This document shows positions 1 through 12,246 of a DNA stretch of 37,021 nt, in pieces. The DNA is from Octopus bimaculoides. Its lineage: Eukaryota. Both the position numbers and the translations under genes were made by a program. Location: positions 17,616,334-17,653,354 of the forward strand of contig NC_068991.1 of NCBI RefSeq assembly GCF_001194135.2, written 5' to 3'. Below the pieces are notes generated by a model. That model did no database searches, was not told the origin of the DNA, and saw only the letters and a program-made list of their open reading frames with translations. Position 1 is the first letter of the stretch. Every line of letters starts with the position of its first letter.

Positions 1-339
1 GTGTGTGTGTGTGTGTGTATGGGTGTGTATGTATTCGAGTGTATGTATGTATGGGTGTATGTATGTATGGGTGTATGTATGTGGGTGTATGTATATGTAT
101 GTGTGCATGTATGTAAATGTGTATGTATACATGTTTATGCATGAATATATGTATGTAGACATGTGTGTGCATGTATATGTGGGTGAGTGTGTCAAATGAT
201 ATCTTTAAATTGTATGCATTTTTATGTAGTAGCACTAGTAGTAAGAAGACAAAAATGAGAGTGAAGAGAAGAAAAAAATGAGAAAGAAAAGATCTCATTG
301 TACACATATATACACATACGTGTATATATATATATATAT

Positions 340-395
<56 letters not shown>

Positions 396-480
396 TAACA
401 CATATACATTTATATACACATACATATTCACAAATACACACATCTACAGATACATGCAAACACAGGCATACACAAACATA
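1..480. repeat. Compound (TG)/(TATG)/(TA)/(CA) low-complexity tract (similar at about 4170-4690, 5880-6600, 28390-29400, 31210-31505, 35270-35410)
   Basis: Direct inspection. Confidence 0.95.
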
Positions 481-869
481 TAAAGAAGTAACCAGGAAGC
501 CAAGAAGTGGCCACACTCAAGCAGAGCTTCAAGTTAAGGTCACAAGCAACTGATAAAGCCTCCAAAAGGTCAAAACTATTAACAGCCATGGAATTTCTTG
601 GTTATTCTTGCTTGCTTCCATGGTTTTCAACGTGTCATTAGTCAATTTTAGGTGATCCGCAGCTGATAAGAATACCCAATGTTCAGATATATATGTATAC
701 AATGTGAGTATCTATGTATTAAATATTCTGGTAAATGAGGTTAGCTTAATGGTGTACTGATTCCTTTACAAATCAGATCAATTATAAGAAGTAGAGCTCA
801 ATTCCTTACTACAAGAAATTCTTGAAACAGCAATGAATGTACCACAGGTCAGATTCATCCATACTCAAA

Positions 870-1080
870 AGTAATCCTTCAGATTCCCACCAATGTACCT
901 CTCTATTTCCCATCACTCTGGTTGCATCCATCCATGTCTCACATTAACTACTGAGCCAGTGCTTCTCCAGAATATCACCCTGTCCCTTGTCCCAAAATCT
1001 TCCCTCTGCTCATGTTTTTCCTGCAGATGTTAACCTGTGACAGTTTAAATGGAACATTAACAGCACCAATCTGATCCTTC
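870..1080 (+). mobile_element. Degraded 3' end of a CR1/L2-type LINE ORF2
   Basis: SRISP...LPSAHVFPADVNL*QFKWNINSTNL resembles the PR...WNSLP...VFP...FK..IN C-terminus. It shares ctgctc(a/t)tgttttt(c)ctgcag with the relic at 35570-35800. Confidence 0.55.
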
Positions 1081-1927
1081 TTGAAGGAACTACAAAGGTC
1101 ATGGGGATTCTTTCTCATTCAAGTTAAAAAAAAAAAAAGGACAGTTTCTTACCATGAAAATCATGCACATACATTCATATATAAAGCAATGATATACATA
1201 CATATATACGCATACATACACACATATACATGCACAACCTAGTATCAAAAATTGGCTTTATTTGTGGATTAACAAGGCCTTATTAATCCACAAATATCCA
1301 TCCCTCCATCTATCTATCTAGATATCTATCTATCCATCTTTATCTTTTACTTATTTCAGTCATTAGACTGTGGCTATGCTGGGGCACTGCCTTGAGGGAT
1401 TTTTAGTTGAACGTATCAACTCCAGTACTTATTTTTCAAAAGTCCAGGAGGATGTCATACCAATTACTGGTACAACAGTAGCATCCATAATCAACTGCAA
1501 CAAAGGAGATGCAATAAAGAGAGAAAACTACAAAAGTAGCAAACTCTTGGACCAAATTATACTATACATCGTCTTCAATTGCAGAGTTTGTCATATGTTC
1601 ATTAAGAATCAATTCCAAAAAAGAATTATTCCATGTTTTCTTGAAAGTTTATAAATTCTTATGAGATAAACAACAAATACATATATTGTTGCTATTATGC
1701 AAAAGTGTCGTAAGTTTAAAATGTTGCTTTTTCAGAAAACAAAAAAAAATAGTTTCACCATTCCATAGCAAAACAGTACTACACTTTGACAATTTTTGAT
1801 ATCTTGGCATCTGAAGCAGCTGGGGATACAATAGTTTGACCAAAAGAACTCGCTATTAGAAGCAAAAATAGATATTGAAAAATATGCATTTGGCCAAATT
1901 TGGACATATGACAGTTTAACATAATAA

Positions 1928-2156
1928 CATCATCATCATCATCGTTTAACGTCCGCTTTCCATGCTAGCATGGGTTGGACGATTTGACTGAGGACTGGTG
2001 AAACTGGATGGCAACACCAGACTCCAATCTGATTTGGCAGAGTTTCTACAGCTGGATGCCCTTCCTAACGCCAACGACTCAGAGAGTGTAGTGGGTGCTT
2101 TTACGTGTCACCCGCACGAAGGCCAGTCAGGCGGTACTGGCAACGGCCACGCTCAA
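1928..2156 (-). mobile_element. Young SINE-like element family C with (GAT)n tail
   Basis: Nearly identical to 25524-25687 and 36683-37021. On the minus strand it ends ...ggcgttaggaagggcatccagctgtagaaac...ccaacccatgctagcatggaaagcggacgttaaacgatgatgatg. Confidence 0.85.
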
Positions 2157-2178
2157 CGATATATATATATATATACAT

Positions 2179-2580
2179 ACTAGCTGACATACCCGGTATT
2201 TCCCAGGAAAGTGGGGCTTATCCCTTGGTTCCGTTCTCATAATTGTTTTGCTAATCCCAAAACAACAATACAAAGTATGTAGCCCTTAAAACGGTTTTTG
2301 TGCATTTACAGAGAATACCGAACTGTCTTGCACAGGATCTTGTTTTTAGGAATTCCCAATAAGTTATGAATACCCAAATTGTGAAGTCAGTTATGTAATA
2401 ACATGAAATTAGTTACCCGATAGTAAGAATTCAAATAAAGTAGCCCAGAAAAGGGCTTTAATGCGTTCCCATCTGCAATACAAATTTCAGGAATCTGATC
2501 AGCCAGCTGATTACCTAACAAATAGGTAAACATGTCAGCCAGATAGTGTTTGTAATTGTCTTCCTAGTGAATATAAATTC
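2179..2580 (+). mobile_element. Putative non-autonomous Helitron/Helentron-like element
   Basis: Starts actagctgacatacccggtatttcccagg (ACTAGC plus a GC hairpin, typical of HINE/DINE-like ends) and contains ctgcaatacaaatttcaggaatctgatcagcc. The right boundary is uncertain. Confidence 0.4.
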
Positions 2581-3648
2581 TATGTTTTTCCTGAAATAAT
2601 GTACCACTTAATGTAGACTGGTGTTTAGTGACACTAGCATAAGAGGTAATAGGTGTGGTACAAACATTGAGCTGGACTGGGAATGAAACGGAGCAAATGG
2701 ATATCTTGCTAGGATAACAAATGCAAATGACATATGATATCCAAATGAAATTAGCCATATTGAAAAGGAGGAACAAGCAACTTAAGTAGAAATACTGGGA
2801 AGCCAATGAGCATGGGCAGCATAGGAAACAGCCGAGTGAAAGAAGCTGCTATGGAATGTATTGGGGAAAATGGAATCAACCAGATTGCAATTTCTTATGA
2901 GAGTGGTGTATGTAGTACTTTCAATCTCTGGTCAGTATTTGGCTGCGGCACTTATCACCACCATCGCTGATTTAATGTCTACTTTTCCATGCTTGCATGG
3001 ATCAGATGGAATTTGTTGAAGCAGGCCTTTCTTGTTGCCAACTATTGCCTGCTTCCAAGTAAGGTAATGTCTCTTCAAGGCCAAGTGTCTTACTGTAGAG
3101 AAAACAGAGAGAGAGGGGGGAGTGTACATGTGAGGAAGAGTGAGGTAAGGGTTGGAGGAATGGTAGGGGAGATTGAGGGGGTGTTGTGATGGAAGGTAGG
3201 ATAGAAAGTGTATGTGGGTTGTTGTAGGTGTCAATTCATGGCTATACATGTGTAAATGTTCAAGTGTCCAATATATACTTGTACAGTCATGCTGTGGGCT
3301 GGAAACACCAACTTAGAATAACATCATCCTAGATACCATATTACATAATAAAAGCATGTAATAAACTGTAAATGATGCTACTAGGTTTTTTCCATGGAGT
3401 AAATGCCCCTCAGTAGACCTGCCCCCACCTCCAGACCATTGCTTGCATATTGTTATATATGAAAGGGAATACTGATGAAAATATGAAATATTTATCAAGT
3501 TATAATCTATGTGCAATGAAATAGTATTTATTGATGTGACAAAATAACGGTTGGAAATAGCAACCAAGGAAAATTTGGACAATGGAAGAATCAGATCTAA
3601 GTTTGAGTCAGTCATTCTTTCATTTTTTTTTCATTTATCACATGGAAT

Positions 3649-3690
<42 letters not shown>

Positions 3691-4181
3691 TGTGTGAATA
3701 TTACATGCATGCACACACACACACACATACACACATGCAGGCATAACTGTGGGGTTACTTTTCAACTAAGTAGTAATTTGAGTTTCAGTCCCACTGCACA
3801 GCACCTTGGCCAAGTATCTTCCATTATAGCCTCAGGTCAAGCAATGATTTGTAAGTGAATTTATTAAATGGAAACTACTCAAAGCCCATTGTGTGTGTGG
3901 TGGGGGAGTGCATGCATGTGTGTCTGTGTGAAGGTTTGCATCCAGCAACCACATGAGAAATTGCTGAACTATAGCAGTATTCTGTTGTCACTTCTCTGCT
4001 AACAAATAATTTAAGTTGGAATGTAACGAAAATTTTTTGCTAGAAAAACATGAAAAGATTAGTGGCAGGAAGGGAATCTAGTTATAAAACAATGCTTAAA
4101 CAATATGTATTCTTCTAACCCATGCTAGCATGGCAAAAAAGATGGGCATAAAATGAATGTACGCATGCATGCATGCACACA

Positions 4182-4263
<82 letters not shown>

Positions 4264-4592
4264 ATGTATCCCAGTTTTAGAATAGAAACACTGAAAAAAA
4301 GCTCATCATTTATGAATATGTGTGTACATGAGAGAGTAGTGTGTTTATGACAATGTGTGTGTATGCAACTGTGTGCATATGTGCATGTGTGTAATTGTGT
4401 TGAAGTGAACGTGCATGTGCCTGCATGTGCATGTATCTAGACTGTGTGTGTTGTATATGAATTTGCATCTGTATGCAAGTGTGTGTGTGAGAATGCATGA
4501 GTCTGTATGTAAGTATGTGTTTGTCAGCATTTGAGTGAGTGTGTGTTTGTGTGTGAGTATGAGCAAGTTTGCATTTGAGTGCGTGTCTGCAT

Positions 4593-4644
<52 letters not shown>

Positions 4645-4691
4645 ACGTGAGTGAGTGTGTGCATCTTATATGTGAATATACATATCTGTAT

Positions 4692-5477
4692 NNNNNNNNN
4701 NNNNNNNNNNNNNNNNNNNNNNNNNNNNNNNNNNNNNNNNNNNNNNNNNNNNNNNNNNNNNNNNNNNNNNNNNNNNNNNNNNNNNNNNNNNNNNNNNNNN
4801 NNNNNNNNNNNNNNNNNNNNNNNNNNNNNNNNNNNNNNNNNNNNNNNNNNNNNNNNNNNNNNNNNNNNNNNNNNNNNNNNNNNNNNNNNNNNNNNNNNNN
4901 NNNNNNNNNNNNNNNNNNNNNNNNNNNNNNNNNNNNNNNNNNNNNNNNNNNNNNNNNNNNNNNNNNNNNNNNNNNNNNNNNNNNNNNNNNNNNNNNNNNN
5001 NNNNNNNNNNNNNNNNNNNNNNNNNNNNNNNNNNNNNNNNNNNNNNNNNNNNNNNNNNNNNNNNNNNNNNNNNNNNNNNNNNNNNNNNNNNNNNNNNNNN
5101 NNNNNNNNNNNNNNNNNNNNNNNNNNNNNNNNNNNNNNNNNNNNNNNNNNNNNNNNNNNNNNNNNNNNNNNNNNNNNNNNNNNNNNNNNNNNNNNNNNNN
5201 NNNNNNNNNNNNNNNNNNNNNNNNNNNNNNNNNNNNNNNNNNNNNNNNNNNNNNNNNNNNNNNNNNNNNNNNNNNNNNNNNNNNNNNNNNNNNNNNNNNN
5301 NNNNNNNNNNNNNNNNNNNNNNNNNNNNNNNNNNNNNNNNNNNNNNNNNNNNNNNNNNNNNNNNNNNNNNNNNNNNNNNNNNNNNNNNNNNNNNNNNNNN
5401 NNNNNNNNNNNNNNNNNNNNNNNNNNNNNNNNNNNNNNNNNNNNNNNNNNNNNNNNNNNNNNNNNNNNNNNNNNNNN
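4692..5477. other. Assembly gap (others: 6178-6187, 8436-9091, 10683-11013, 13331-13620, 14499-14765, 22173-23134, 25696-26205, 28539-28558, 34670-34679)
   Basis: Runs of N, mostly flanked by microsatellites or SINEs. Features, including exons, could be hidden inside. Confidence 1.
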
Positions 5478-5506
5478 TAACATATGCATTTTACTCCATT
5501 TACTAA

Positions 5507-5549
<43 letters not shown>

Positions 5550-5651
5550 GTAGAAGGAAAAGGTGAAAAATACTTTGAGCTATCATTCCACATGATGTAT
5601 AGAGCATACGCTAGAATCTTAAAATACAGCAAGTGGAAAAACTTTAATTTT

Positions 5652-5833
5652 ATCCCTGCAATTTGAAGACAAAAACTCCGTTTAAGGGTGTTTGCAATTT
5701 TAAGATAAAGAAAAGCCATTTCCAAAAAATTTGACCAGCTGGTATTGTAGAAGTTTTTGTATGTGCTTATTGAGTTTTTTTCTTTACATTTCAACAATGC
5801 TATAGGGAGTTTGTGTCTTCAAATTAAAGGGAC
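5652..5833. mobile_element. MITE-like element, 28-bp imperfect TIRs
   Basis: atccctgcaatttgaagacaaaaactcc (5652-5679) versus the reverse complement of 5806-5833, gtccctttaatttgaagacacaaactcc: 4 mismatches. The interior is non-coding. Confidence 0.65.
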
Positions 5834-6144
5834 TATCTCAGGTACTTTGAGGTTTTACTATTTACTATATTACATTTAGAAAACATGTGCGAGTGTGTGT
5901 ATGTGTATATGATTTAGCATAAGTATCTCGTACATAGATATACACAAGCATAAATACAAACATATGCACATAACCATACACATATAAAACACACATTAAA
6001 AAATATATAGAAACATATAAATACACTTATTAGTTTGGTAAGTACCAATACACAAAACTCTTGGCTCTTGAGTCACTTTGTCACTTCTGATTACACACAC
6101 ACATAAATATACATTTACGTGTCTGTATGTGTGTGTATGTATAC

Positions 6145-6177
<33 letters not shown>

Positions 6178-6187
6178 NNNNNNNNNN

Positions 6188-6230
<43 letters not shown>

Positions 6231-6360
6231 CATACATATACATACAAATATATGATTTGACATTATAAGAATCTATATGCAAGCATATTTTTTCAAGAAT
6301 CTTAATCAATGTGTGATAATGATAGTAATGGTTAAAAATTATACATACACACACACACAT

Positions 6361-6406
<46 letters not shown>

Positions 6407-6484
6407 TACATACATACATATATATATAATAATACAAATAATATGTGAGTATATGCATATATACGTACATGTATGTACATACCT

Positions 6485-6515
<31 letters not shown>

Positions 6516-6524
6516 CACGTACTT

Positions 6525-6600
<76 letters not shown>

Positions 6601-9269
6601 TATGTTCTACCTTTGCTGTGTCCTTACCTGTTCTATACCGGTTAAGTCAGAATGGGGAGAGGTGTTCAGTGTCTTCTCCCAAATGACAGCAAGTCAGCTG
6701 GATAGGCAGACAGACAGAAAACAGTCAAGTCTTATGTGTGTGTTTGCATGTGTGTATGTGTGTGAAGACAATGAGGCAGACAGAAACTATAGAAACACAC
6801 TAACACACATACATATATACACACTCAATGACATATAGTTGACTGGTGCAACTGAAGAAGATGGAGGTAATAAAGATAACAAAGCAATGTTGATATGGTT
6901 GTGCAACCTGCTAGAAATAATAGCTAAATCTTACTCAATGAATAATCTACTGTCTTTAATACAAAAGAAAAAGATGCAGATACATTTCATAGTGTCTAGT
7001 CCTGGACAAACTACACTAAGAAAAATGCATATTGGATGTTCCTGGTTGGAACACCTGTGATCGTAGGTTATCTTTATCAGCCAAGGCTGATCGGGGGATG
7101 ATCAACAAGACAAAGATAGAAGACAAAGATAGGGGAAAACGGACTGGCAACAAGGAGGAGATGTCCGAATGAGACAGATGTTGGAATGAGGAATGTTAAA
7201 AGCTACAGACTCCCTTGGATGAAAGCCAGGAATTATTTTGTGTTCGTGTGTATGAGAGGGAAAGGAGAGAGAGAGAGAGAGAAAGAGAGACAGAGGGAGA
7301 GCAAAGTAAAAACAAGACAATTCTACATTTGACTGAACATAAACACAACAATGTAGATCCTGACCCCCACTCCTATAGGGCAGAGGTTAAGCGATCAAAG
7401 ACAGGTAAGGAAAGGGTGGGCAGCGAAGCTTACCTGAAATATTATTTGGTATTATTTCACACCTAAATGCAAGGAAATTGTCTCTCAAAATAAGAAATGC
7501 CAATATATCATCAATAATAATAATAATAATAATACAAAAATGCTAAAAACCTTCCTGCTTCTATATCCAAATAAAATAAATACTTGTTTTCTTTTTTATA
7601 TAAACTTCATATCCAATTTATGAGGCTGGTTATATTATTATTATTATTATCATTATTTTTATTATTAGCCACAGTAATAATAATGGTGTTGGTAGCAGTA
7701 CTGTTGATTAGGTCCTTCAGTTTGTTTATGATATAATTCGAGCAATAGTGTTTGTTAATTCATTCCAGGTTTTTCTTTGAACTGTAGTGTGGCTCAGGCC
7801 CATATGGTCAAAACAGGAAGCTTTTTATTTGTGTGTTTGTTTGTTTTTCCTTCTTCTTGTCTTCCGTCACAATACGAAGAAGAATTATATTACACAGCAA
7901 ATGAGAGGAGGAAAGTAATCTATTCAATTGGTTATTCCAAATTATTGAATATTCAACACAGAGTAAAAGCAAGATTGTTTACTTGAAATTTTTTCACATG
8001 TAAAATAAAGTTGTCTGATTAATTAAAACAGGAACTTTTTTTTTTTTCTTTAATAGACCAGTGAAAACACATCCAGTAAATCCAATTGTGCAAGTATGTG
8101 TGTGTGTTTGGTTTATTTTTTTTACAAGTGAAAGGTTGCAGCTTATCCTGATTACATATTTCTGTTTTATATTAAAAATTTTTTTTTTTTTTTTAAAAAG
8201 AAAAAAGAAAAATAAAGATTCTGAACTTCGAGTCGTTGATGTGATTTGCTTCCAGTAAAATTGTAGTACTTAATATCCAAATGATATGTGCTTACTTTTC
8301 AAGCAAACCAGTTATGTTTATCCTATCAAAGACTGCATATGCTTATGGTTTATACATATCACAATAAAGCTGCAAGATTATTAAAACTTTTGTTTGATTT
8401 TTTTCGACTTTTTTTTTTCTGACAATAATAATGATNNNNNNNNNNNNNNNNNNNNNNNNNNNNNNNNNNNNNNNNNNNNNNNNNNNNNNNNNNNNNNNNN
8501 NNNNNNNNNNNNNNNNNNNNNNNNNNNNNNNNNNNNNNNNNNNNNNNNNNNNNNNNNNNNNNNNNNNNNNNNNNNNNNNNNNNNNNNNNNNNNNNNNNNN
8601 NNNNNNNNNNNNNNNNNNNNNNNNNNNNNNNNNNNNNNNNNNNNNNNNNNNNNNNNNNNNNNNNNNNNNNNNNNNNNNNNNNNNNNNNNNNNNNNNNNNN
8701 NNNNNNNNNNNNNNNNNNNNNNNNNNNNNNNNNNNNNNNNNNNNNNNNNNNNNNNNNNNNNNNNNNNNNNNNNNNNNNNNNNNNNNNNNNNNNNNNNNNN
8801 NNNNNNNNNNNNNNNNNNNNNNNNNNNNNNNNNNNNNNNNNNNNNNNNNNNNNNNNNNNNNNNNNNNNNNNNNNNNNNNNNNNNNNNNNNNNNNNNNNNN
8901 NNNNNNNNNNNNNNNNNNNNNNNNNNNNNNNNNNNNNNNNNNNNNNNNNNNNNNNNNNNNNNNNNNNNNNNNNNNNNNNNNNNNNNNNNNNNNNNNNNNN
9001 NNNNNNNNNNNNNNNNNNNNNNNNNNNNNNNNNNNNNNNNNNNNNNNNNNNNNNNNNNNNNNNNNNNNNNNNNNNNNNNNNNNNNNNNNNNTATATATAT
9101 AAATGTATATGTATTAGTACGTTTATGTATGTTAGTATCTATCTATACGTGTGCGTGTGTACTGGACTATAGCAACACTTATTGGTCTCTCACAAAGTAA
9201 AATGTTTTAAATACTAACAATACAATGACAAACTTTGTGTATGTATTCATATATGCATATGTGGGTGTA

Positions 9270-9311
<42 letters not shown>

Positions 9312-9744
9312 GAGAGAGAGAGAGAACGAGAAAGGGAGAGAGGGGAGAGAGAGGTTATATTTTCTAATGTGTGTGTGTAATTGCACACACAGCTAGACAA
9401 CGGCAGTAACAATCACAGTTGGTAATGTACAGTTGTTGTTGTGATATGGTACTGCCGGGCCTAGCCTACACAAGGGAGATAGATAGGTAGGTAGGTAGGT
9501 AGGTAGGCAGGCTAGTAAACACCGGCTAAATGCTGCTATTACTAGTAACATGGTGTACGGCAGGTTGTTACCAGTATTATGGTGGGGTTGTTCACAGCGA
9601 GAGGGCTAGGGTTGTTACTAGTAACACAGCAAGAGGAGAGGTATCGTTATATGGTGGGAGAGGTGGTGGGGGTTACAATAATCATAACGCAAGAGATAAT
9701 CGTATAACTACTATCAAGGTGGTCGTGGTGATTGTTGCTGTCAT

Positions 9745-9945
9745 ATAGCCCCAGGCTGGCCCTCACCGAGTAAAACCTATGATCAAAAACATATCAACCA
9801 TAACAAGCCGGTCATTTTTTGTTGTATCTAGGTCTAAATTAGTTCACGAATCCTTTCTTTTTGTTATATCTTTTTCGGGGATGACAGAGTGCGATTTGAA
9901 GAATTTTGGCCACTACTTCTGCAGGCTGAGTGACCACAATGAGCA
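9745..9945 (-). mobile_element. Diverged interspersed repeat (family D; related pieces at about 7000-7105 +, 10310-10350 -, 30680-30725 +)
   Basis: Shared gatc(a/g)taggtt...gg(c/g)tga(c/t)c.gggg core seen by eye. Class is uncertain. Confidence 0.4.
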
Positions 9946-10531
9946 GGCATGAGCAATCTTTTTTTTTTTTAGAGAAGTGGGCTGCATGAGATCTAGCTCA
10001 TCATTAGATAGACCACCCTTACTGGAAAAAAAAAAAAAAAAAAAAAAAAAAAATTCAAGGTAGTTTTTCATTGGTGTGCCATTCAGAGAGACTCAAGGGC
10101 CACAGAATTTCCCATAAGCTCATTTTTCTCAGTGGTTGTAGAGGAGGTGGGATTGATATCTTGTTGCTACTGTTATCTAACTGTCACTTTAACATTATCA
10201 AGACAACCCATGAGCAAATGTGTTCCTTCCATGACCCCTCCTTCATATTCTACATATTCTATGCATTATCTAACATGTCATTATTTAAAACAATAGGGTG
10301 CAATTTGAGAAATTTACCTGCTATTTCTAGCCTGTCAAGCAACCTCAGAGAAGTGGTAGCAATGGTGGTGGTGTTGGCAGCGGAGGTGGTACAGCTACTG
10401 TCATAGTAGACAGTGGTGGCAGAGTCAATGGTAGTGAAAGGGGAAGGAGAAGGAAAAGAAGATGTAAGGCCTTAGTTTGCATAGAAGACACCAGTCAAAC
10501 AAGCAGCTATAACTAAGCAGACTGATCAATA

Positions 10532-10566
<35 letters not shown>

Positions 10567-11013
10567 TAATAATGATAATAATAATGATAATAATAATGGG
10601 TGTGGACAGGACAGTAGAAGGGAGTGTAGAGTGTAAGCGAGAGAAAAAGCAATATTCATTGAAACAGAGAAGATAGAGAGAGNNNNNNNNNNNNNNNNNN
10701 NNNNNNNNNNNNNNNNNNNNNNNNNNNNNNNNNNNNNNNNNNNNNNNNNNNNNNNNNNNNNNNNNNNNNNNNNNNNNNNNNNNNNNNNNNNNNNNNNNNN
10801 NNNNNNNNNNNNNNNNNNNNNNNNNNNNNNNNNNNNNNNNNNNNNNNNNNNNNNNNNNNNNNNNNNNNNNNNNNNNNNNNNNNNNNNNNNNNNNNNNNNN
10901 NNNNNNNNNNNNNNNNNNNNNNNNNNNNNNNNNNNNNNNNNNNNNNNNNNNNNNNNNNNNNNNNNNNNNNNNNNNNNNNNNNNNNNNNNNNNNNNNNNNN
11001 NNNNNNNNNNNNN

Positions 11014-11047
<34 letters not shown>

Positions 11048-11049
<2 letters not shown>

Positions 11050-11440
11050 TCTTTTACTTGTTTCAGTCATTTGACTGCAGCCATGCTGGAGCACCGCCTT
11101 TAGTCGAGCAAATCGCCCCCAAGACTTATTCTTTGCAAGCCTAGTACTTATTCTATCGGTCTCTTTTGTCAAACTGCTAAGTTACGGGGACGTAAACACA
11201 CCAGCATCGGTTGTGAAGCGATGTTGGGGGACGACAAACACAGAGACACAAACACACACACACACATACATATACAAATATATGACGGGCTTCTTTCAGT
11301 TTCCGTCTACCAAATCCACTCACAATGCTTTGGTCGGCCCGAGACTATAGTAGAAGACACTTGCCCAAGGTGCCACACAGTGGGACTGAACCCGGGAACC
11401 ATATGGTTGGTAAGCAAGCTACTTACCACACAGCCACTCT
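11048..11440 (-). mobile_element. Full-length SINE family A, reverse orientation
   Basis: The reverse complement aligns end to end with 26806-27204, roughly 90% identical by eye. Confidence 0.9.
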
Positions 11441-12246
11441 TGGCCCAACACGTAGCTAGCAGATTACCCCTTGTTTGGGTAATTACTGCTTCTGAGGTTC
11501 TGCTAGCTAAGGAACATGTAGCCTGGATTTTATCTATTCCATTCGCTAATTTTGGATTTTTATTTGCATACACAGCAACCCCAGTTACTAACTGTGAACT
11601 ATAAAATAACTTTTATCAGCTTACTGGACTTCAATATGGGAAAAATTTACAACCTTCTATGTCAATAAACCACTATAATTCCAGAAAGTTGTTTTTTATA
11701 CTTTCTACAGACTGCTCAAAACTTACTAACATCCTACACCTTGATCCATAGACCTTACCTTCACGCACACACATATATTAGAGGAAAAAGGACAACAAAA
11801 CCAAGGCAGGAGGTATACTAAATGTCCTTTTTCCTCTAATATACACCTGCTAACTCAGAAGCCTACTATGGATCCGAAGCTCCTGCCTCAGCTGTGAACT
11901 TGGAACCTAATGGATGATCAATTATAGCACTTACACAGCGTACCTATTCGTTTAGGTCACCAGTGAACTAAACCCCTCATATTCTGTGTATGTGTGTGTG
12001 TGTTTGTGTGTGCATGCGTGCGTGCGCACGTGTGTGATGAGTTTCTAATCCAAGATGTGTCATGAAGCACATCTGCATATTCCAGTACTCCAAAGTTGTA
12101 TGTAGATGTTATATTTTCATGAGGCATGCATGCATAAGTGTTGAAAAATACTGGGAAACAGTTGCTACAGAGTGATTACATATCAAGACAAGAGATTGGA
12201 AAAAATCTTTTGGCATTATTTATTTCCCATTAGACATACACATATT

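Noticed and set aside
1461-1494. Minus-strand 34-nt exon-like segment reading DYGCYCCTSN (phospholipase A2-like)
   Set aside because: It lacks the Gly-rich calcium loop (YGCYCGxGG), has no supporting exons and does not fit LIMCH1/LMO7.
4310-5797. Long ORFs spanning N gaps, and all YIYI/CVCV/THTH ORFs
   Set aside because: Artefacts of gaps and dinucleotide repeats.
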